From assembly GCA_963727805.1 (NCBI GenBank), contig CAVSHF010000003.1:896001-960000 (forward strand): a stretch of DNA of 64,000 nt, read 5' to 3'. The notes under the pieces were generated by a model. It did not search any database, was not told where the DNA came from, and was given only the letters and a program-made list of their open reading frames with translations. Origin of the DNA: an uncultured Nitrospiraceae bacterium (lineage in GTDB: Bacteria; Nitrospirota; Thermodesulfovibrionia; Thermodesulfovibrionales; Dissulfurispiraceae). This document shows positions 59,016-64,000 of this stretch, piece after piece. Every line of letters begins with the position of its first letter. The first letter of the stretch is position 1. Made by a program: the position numbers and the translations under genes.

Positions 59016-59580
59016 AGCTTTTTTTATTTTGTATCGACAGCTATTATGACATAGACGTTATTCTGGCATTGAAGTTTTATGGTCATTATTACCCCCATCC
59101 ACCGGCGAGATTATATCATCATAACTATATTAACTATATTATGATATCAAACTTTTGGACCGTAAAACATACAAAATTGCAAGTCAATAAGGTGAATTTG
59201 CATATATCGTGATGACTGTCACAATATGCCACTTCCTATATTGGTCGGCCAGATGCTCAATGCGTTCCATCGATCCGACTTCCTCAACCAAGGCGATGCA
59301 TCGGAGGGAGAAAGATAACTCATTGAAAGAAAAATCGGGAATTGCATTTTAACCGATGACCTGCTGATTACTAATTATCTGCATTTCTTTTATCTTATTG
59401 TTTTACTTGTTTTATTTGATCTGCGTCATGCCACTACTGGCACAGCTTTTTTTCGCACTGAGCATTCGAACTGGTCCTTTAAGCGAGGGACAAGATCGCT
59501 TCAAATGGATGTTCGAATCAGCATAATGAATCGCTGAAAAATGATAAGGTAAGATATATTCTGTTTGTTACAATGAATCA

Positions 59581-59925
59581 ATGAAATTAAAAATAAATAT
59601 GTTGAAGCAGATAAAGAAGGTTATGTCAGTACATATGCCTCCATTCACGAAATCAAAGAAAGGGCAAACTCAGGTATTTGATGAAGTTATTAAAGAGACT
59701 GAAAAAGGGTTACTGATATCTGTGCCCATAGTTGATCATCTCCGACGAATCCGTGAGCACGCCCAGAATCGATATACTTTTGATTATCGGTGCAAAGGGC
59801 TTAAAATCATCATCGAAAACATGCCAGAAATTAGCATCATAGCTTATTATTCAGATGACCGAGATGGAAGTATCGGCACAGACACCGCGCAGCCGCCCTT
59901 TGATAAGATACTACGATTTTCCTAA
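59581..59925 (+). CDS. Hypothetical protein
   Basis: 114-aa ORF in AT-rich DNA; no recognised motif. Confidence 0.45.
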   Translation: MKLKINMLKQIKKVMSVHMPPFTKSKKGQTQVFDEVIKETEKGLLISVPIVDHLRRIREHAQNRYTFDYRCKGLKIIIENMPEISIIAYYSDDRDGSIGTDTAQPPFDKILRFS

Positions 59926-60009
59926 GTTGCCATTTAAAAATAGCATGAAAGTCTGGTTATAGTTTAAGCTTTGGTTGTCTTGGTATAACCTATTGGTTAT
60001 ATAGGACAT

Positions 60010-60516
60010 TTAAGCAGCAGTTTTTCTCTGAACGCATATGATATTCCACTCCTTTAGTTTATCAATGGTCAAATTTATGGCTTTCTCGATGTTGTCATTA
60101 ACAATGTCAGACATTTCAAGTCCAAAGGTGTGATCGGCCGCGGCCGGCTGGATGCCGATCAGGCAAAGATGGGAAGGCATGGATCCCCTCAGGTTGGCAG
60201 CTGTAAGGAGATCGGCAAGACCGAGATTATGCAGCGAAACCTTCGGGAAGATGAGAGCCGCTATTTCGTTGTCTTCGATGATTCCTACATAGCCCGGCTC
60301 TTTACCGAAATCCATGGCGTCGACGATGAGGACTTTATCGACGCTTTCGAAAAGAGGGAGGAGGTCGAGGCCCAGCGTACCGCCATCAACGATCTGAATC
60401 CCAGGAGAACAGGCATATCGCTCTTTGATGGTATTGACCACGTGGACCCCGACCTGCTCATCTTTAAGCAGAATATTTCCCAGTCCTAAAAGTGCTGCTG
60501 ACAAATTAATGACCAT
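60010..60516 (-). CDS. hyaD: Hydrogenase maturation protease
   Basis: LGLGNILLKDE, DGGTLG, IVDA, SLHNLGL, IGIQP. Confidence 0.93.
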   Translation of the reverse strand: MVINLSAALLGLGNILLKDEQVGVHVVNTIKERYACSPGIQIVDGGTLGLDLLPLFESVDKVLIVDAMDFGKEPGYVGIIEDNEIAALIFPKVSLHNLGLADLLTAANLRGSMPSHLCLIGIQPAAADHTFGLEMSDIVNDNIEKAINLTIDKLKEWNIICVQRKTAA

Positions 60517-61150
60517 CCTCCATATTTTTATAACCGCTAAACATAGAGCTCATCAAACCATTCCTCTCGATGAGGTCATTGTGCCACGAGATGTATATAT
60601 GAACGATCACGAAAAGGCCGATGACCCACATAATCAAGTGGTGGACAAGCCTCAGATAGGCAACATTCATCAACCCCAGCGACCAGCCCCCGAGCATTGT
60701 CCAAATCGCTCCACCCCCATGAGCCAACGACAACATGGCAAAGCCTGTGACTATCTGGAAGATGTAAAGACAGAACAGGAACGTGTACGAAAGTCCGGCC
60801 AACCCGGTATGTCCCGGATAGTGCGGCAGGTCCTTCCTGCAAAAAGCGTAAAACGATGCCGTACAAACCGTGTTGTCAAACCTCTCTTTGGACGTCGGGA
60901 TAAACTGGTTGAGCTTTGCATACTTGTTGCCCGCAAACCACCAGTACATCCTCACTAAGACGCAGACCGTAAAGAGAAAGGCCGCGACAAAGTGAACGAA
61001 CCGCATGTAAGCCATGATCAGTGAATCGGCATCTCCATCCAAGAAGGGGGCGCCGATGTAAAACCCCGTTACGGATAGCACCACGATGCTCAACGCAATC
61101 AGCCAGTGCGCCACTCGTACCGGGAACTCCCAAACATAGATTCGACTCAT
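60506..61150 (-). CDS. hyaC: [NiFe]-hydrogenase b-type cytochrome subunit
   Basis: VWEFPVRVAHW, RFVHF, RLVHH, VHIY, SSMFSGYK. Confidence 0.95.
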   Translation of the reverse strand: MSRIYVWEFPVRVAHWLIALSIVVLSVTGFYIGAPFLDGDADSLIMAYMRFVHFVAAFLFTVCVLVRMYWWFAGNKYAKLNQFIPTSKERFDNTVCTASFYAFCRKDLPHYPGHTGLAGLSYTFLFCLYIFQIVTGFAMLSLAHGGGAIWTMLGGWSLGLMNVAYLRLVHHLIMWVIGLFVIVHIYISWHNDLIERNGLMSSMFSGYKNMEDGH

Positions 61151-61160
61151 GGCGGCCTCC

Positions 61161-62858
61161 TTATTTCACTTCGACTTTAAAAAGCTCTTTATGTTCTGCG
61201 TCAAAGAGATGAATTGCGCAGGCCATGCAGGGATCAAAGGAATGGATTGTCCTCTGGATCTCAATAGGCTTGGAGGGGTCCGCAATCGGCGTTCCGATAA
61301 GGGCAGCTTCAAACGGACTCTTCTGGCCTTTCGGGTCTCTCGGTCCGGCATTCCACGTTGTGGGGACGACGGCCTGGTAATTCTCGATCTTCCCATCTTT
61401 TATGACAATATAATGAGCGAGGGTGCCCCTCGGTGCATCGTGGAATCCGACGCCTTTGGCTTCTGCAGGCCAGGTTGAAGGGTCCCACTTGTCCGTATTG
61501 GCGGTTTTCAGGTCACCCTTTTTCATGTTTGCAGCAAGCTCGCCGATCCAGTCATTTAACTTTCCGGCGATAATCGCTGTCTCAATGCCCCTTGCAGCGG
61601 TCCGGCCGAGTGTCGAGAAAAGTGCTGCCGGTCCGACTCCCAGCTTGCCAAGAACCATGTCGACGGTTTCCTTGACCTGTTTTTGTCCCGACGCATAGGC
61701 CACGAGGCATCTGGCGAGAGGACCCACTTCCATGGCCTGATCATCATATCTTGGCGTCTTAACCCAGCTGTATTTCTTGCTAGTGTCGAGAGACTCATAA
61801 GGAGGCTTGGGTCCTGTATAGTTGGGGGTTGTTTCGCCCACATACGGATGCTTCGCCTTCGAATCGCCGCCCGAATAGCTGTACCACGAATTGTTGATGT
61901 ATTCAGTGATCTTCGCCGCATCGACAGGATATATCTTGCTCAAATCCTTGTCTTTGATGACTCCCGCTGGGAAAAAGAATTTCCCACTCGCATCGGGGAA
62001 CTCACCGCACGCCAGGAAATTGTTAAAACTCCCGTGGCCAGCCCAATCCTTGTAGAACGAAGCGATCGCGAGTAGATCGGGGATATACACCTTGTTCACA
62101 AAATCAACTGACTTCTGGGCGACTTCATTGAGGAATGCAATGCTTCCCGCATTGATGGCGTTCTGGCTGTTCGGGTCAACTGGAATGGACATACCACCGA
62201 CGAGGAATGTCTGCGGATGCGGATTTTTGGCTCCCAACAGTGCATGAGCACGGATAATGTCTCTCTGCCAGTCGAGTGCTTCGAGGTAATGGGCAACAGC
62301 CATTAGGTTCGCTTCGGGAGGCAGCTTATATTCCTTGTGTCCCCAGTATCCGTTGGCGAAGATGCCGAGCTGGCCGCTCTCGACAAAGGCCTTGAGCTTG
62401 GCGGCGACAGACTTGAAGTAACTAACCGATGAGTTGTTCGGCCAATCTGAAATAGATGAAGCGAGGGCTGCAGTCTTTGCGGGGTCGGCCTTTAACGCGC
62501 TTACGACATCGACCCAGTCAAGGGCGTGCAGATGATAAAAATGGATTACATGGTCATGCACAGACTGGAATCCCATGATCAGGTTTCTGATTATGCGGGC
62601 GTTGTCGGGGATCGTAATGTTAAGTGCGTTTTCAACAGCCCTTATTGACGCAAGGGCATGGACCGTAGTGCAGACGCCACAAAAACGGGAAACAAAGGTC
62701 CAGGCATCTCTTGGGTCTCTGCCCTTCATCATGACTTCGACACCCCTCCACATTGTGCCCGATGCCCAGGCATCTACAATTTTGCCGCCATCGACCTGCG
62801 CTTCAACTCTTAAATGTCCTTCTATTCTTGTTATTGGATCAACGATTATTTTAGCCAT
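61161..62858 (-). CDS. hyaB: Group 1 [NiFe]-hydrogenase large subunit
   Basis: DPITRIEGH, RFCGVC (L1), FDPCMACAIH (L2) plus cleavable tail. Confidence 0.97.
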   Translation of the reverse strand: MAKIIVDPITRIEGHLRVEAQVDGGKIVDAWASGTMWRGVEVMMKGRDPRDAWTFVSRFCGVCTTVHALASIRAVENALNITIPDNARIIRNLIMGFQSVHDHVIHFYHLHALDWVDVVSALKADPAKTAALASSISDWPNNSSVSYFKSVAAKLKAFVESGQLGIFANGYWGHKEYKLPPEANLMAVAHYLEALDWQRDIIRAHALLGAKNPHPQTFLVGGMSIPVDPNSQNAINAGSIAFLNEVAQKSVDFVNKVYIPDLLAIASFYKDWAGHGSFNNFLACGEFPDASGKFFFPAGVIKDKDLSKIYPVDAAKITEYINNSWYSYSGGDSKAKHPYVGETTPNYTGPKPPYESLDTSKKYSWVKTPRYDDQAMEVGPLARCLVAYASGQKQVKETVDMVLGKLGVGPAALFSTLGRTAARGIETAIIAGKLNDWIGELAANMKKGDLKTANTDKWDPSTWPAEAKGVGFHDAPRGTLAHYIVIKDGKIENYQAVVPTTWNAGPRDPKGQKSPFEAALIGTPIADPSKPIEIQRTIHSFDPCMACAIHLFDAEHKELFKVEVK

Positions 62859-62871
62859 TTTTCATCTCCCT

Positions 62872-63939
62872 TTATTTTTCTTTATTTTTGCCTTTTGTGG
62901 CTGTCCTGATAGCTGCGTGAGCCGCTACGGCGGCCACTGCAACTGCCGCTATACCAAGGCCGATCTTGTCAGCGTTGGCCATAACACTCGCGCCAGGTAC
63001 CTTGGGCATTCTCTTGTAGAACGGATATGCCGCGTCCCAGTTCCCCGGTGTCGAGCAGGCAATGCAGCCATGTCCGGCCATTACCGGCCAGCTCGTACCA
63101 CCGTTCCACCTGATTGTCGGACAGTTCTGATGTGCCATCGGGCCCTTGCAGCCCATCTCGTAAAGACACCATCCCTGCTTGGCCCCTTCGTCTCCCCACG
63201 CCTTCACAAACTGCCCGGCATCAAAATGCGGACGCCTCTCACAGTTGTTGTGGATCAGTTTTCCAAAAGCAAACTTCGGACGGCCATTGCTATCCAGGGC
63301 GGGTAATGCACCAAAAGTGAGGAAATGTACTACGGTGGCGGTGAAGTTCTCTACGTTCATCGGACAACCGGCGATGTTGACGACTGTGCCGCCGATAGCT
63401 TCCTGAATACCAACATATCCACCCGGGTTTGGGGCGGCTGCGGAGAGCCCGCCGAAACAGGCACAGTTGCCTACAGCGATATTCGCCATTGCGCCGGCCG
63501 CGACTTCCTTGAGGATAGCCATCGAGGACTTCCCGGCAACGCAGCAATAGACTCCGCCGTCCTTCGAAGAGACTGCTCCCTCATAAACAGCGATATACTG
63601 CCCCTTCTTGTTTTTCAGAATGTCCTGCAGCGATTTCTCAGCGGCTGTTCCACAAGGGGCCATGAGAGTCTCATGGTAATCAAGCGAGATGATATCAAGC
63701 ACAATCTGCCCGATAGTCGGCTTTGTCGCCCTCAAGACTGATTCGGAATCACCGGTACATTCCGCAAAGTGCATCCAGACAACCGACGGTCTCTGCTTCT
63801 TTTCCAGGGCTTCGGCGATCTGCGGGACCGCTGAAGAGCTCAAACCTAAAGTCGCAGCTGTTCCAGCGCAAAACTTCAGGAAGTCCCTGCGCGACACCCC
63901 TCGTCGCGTCAGATAAGAATAAATGCTCTCGTTCTCCAT
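62872..63939 (-). CDS. hyaA: Group 1 [NiFe]-hydrogenase small subunit (Tat signal, C-terminal anchor)
   Basis: SRRDFLK, ECTGDSES, GCP, HNNCERR, WCLYEMGCKGP, GHGCIAC. Confidence 0.97.
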   Translation of the reverse strand: MENESIYSYLTRRGVSRRDFLKFCAGTAATLGLSSSAVPQIAEALEKKQRPSVVWMHFAECTGDSESVLRATKPTIGQIVLDIISLDYHETLMAPCGTAAEKSLQDILKNKKGQYIAVYEGAVSSKDGGVYCCVAGKSSMAILKEVAAGAMANIAVGNCACFGGLSAAAPNPGGYVGIQEAIGGTVVNIAGCPMNVENFTATVVHFLTFGALPALDSNGRPKFAFGKLIHNNCERRPHFDAGQFVKAWGDEGAKQGWCLYEMGCKGPMAHQNCPTIRWNGGTSWPVMAGHGCIACSTPGNWDAAYPFYKRMPKVPGASVMANADKIGLGIAAVAVAAVAAHAAIRTATKGKNKEK

Positions 63940-64000
63940 ACCCGTCCTCCTGTGACGAAATTTAACTCTACAATATAGAGTTAATGATGTCGATATCCAT

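Noticed and set aside
58381..59049. 222-aa plus-strand ORF
   Set aside because: Antisense shadow of the AT-hook/HTH ORF; no motifs
1..64000. CRISPR array, rRNA, tRNA and the many short antisense ORFs in the track
   Set aside because: No regularly spaced repeats or RNA-gene signatures recognised; the short ORFs overlap well-supported genes

Overview
Bacterial accessory-rich window. The gene content (group 1 [NiFe]-hydrogenase, PAS/GAF hybrid kinases, SAP-domain and four-helix-bundle proteins) suggests an anaerobic Nitrospirota- or deltaproteobacteria-like genome, which is an inference. Contents: dedA; two cheW + hybrid-kinase modules, the second with an MCP and a NarX/NarL-type pair; a four-gene module (FadL channel, SAM methyltransferase, V4R-TM-GAF-HD-GYP receptor, tandem-PilZ/GNAT-like protein); two Cys-rich small proteins; an AcuI/YhdH reductase; a bacteriohemerythrin gene split by an IS3 and an IS1380; an ECF sigma/anti-sigma/Spy-like envelope-stress cluster with two matching ECF promoters; dinB; a redox/stress gene run; an MFS pump; a solitary integron-type yciI cassette with a 59-bp attC; a Fur/PerR gene with TGA in its CxxC motif; and a hyaABCD operon with an atypical proximal Fe-S ligand set. 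The best candidate for an undescribed system is the four-gene module, which looks like a c-di-GMP-coupled lipid-signal circuit. It is bracketed by two of three dispersed IS200/IS605 right-end (TnpB reRNA-like) relics that lack an intact tnpB. All family calls are by eye from motifs; no searches were run. No tRNA, rRNA or CRISPR array was recognised.
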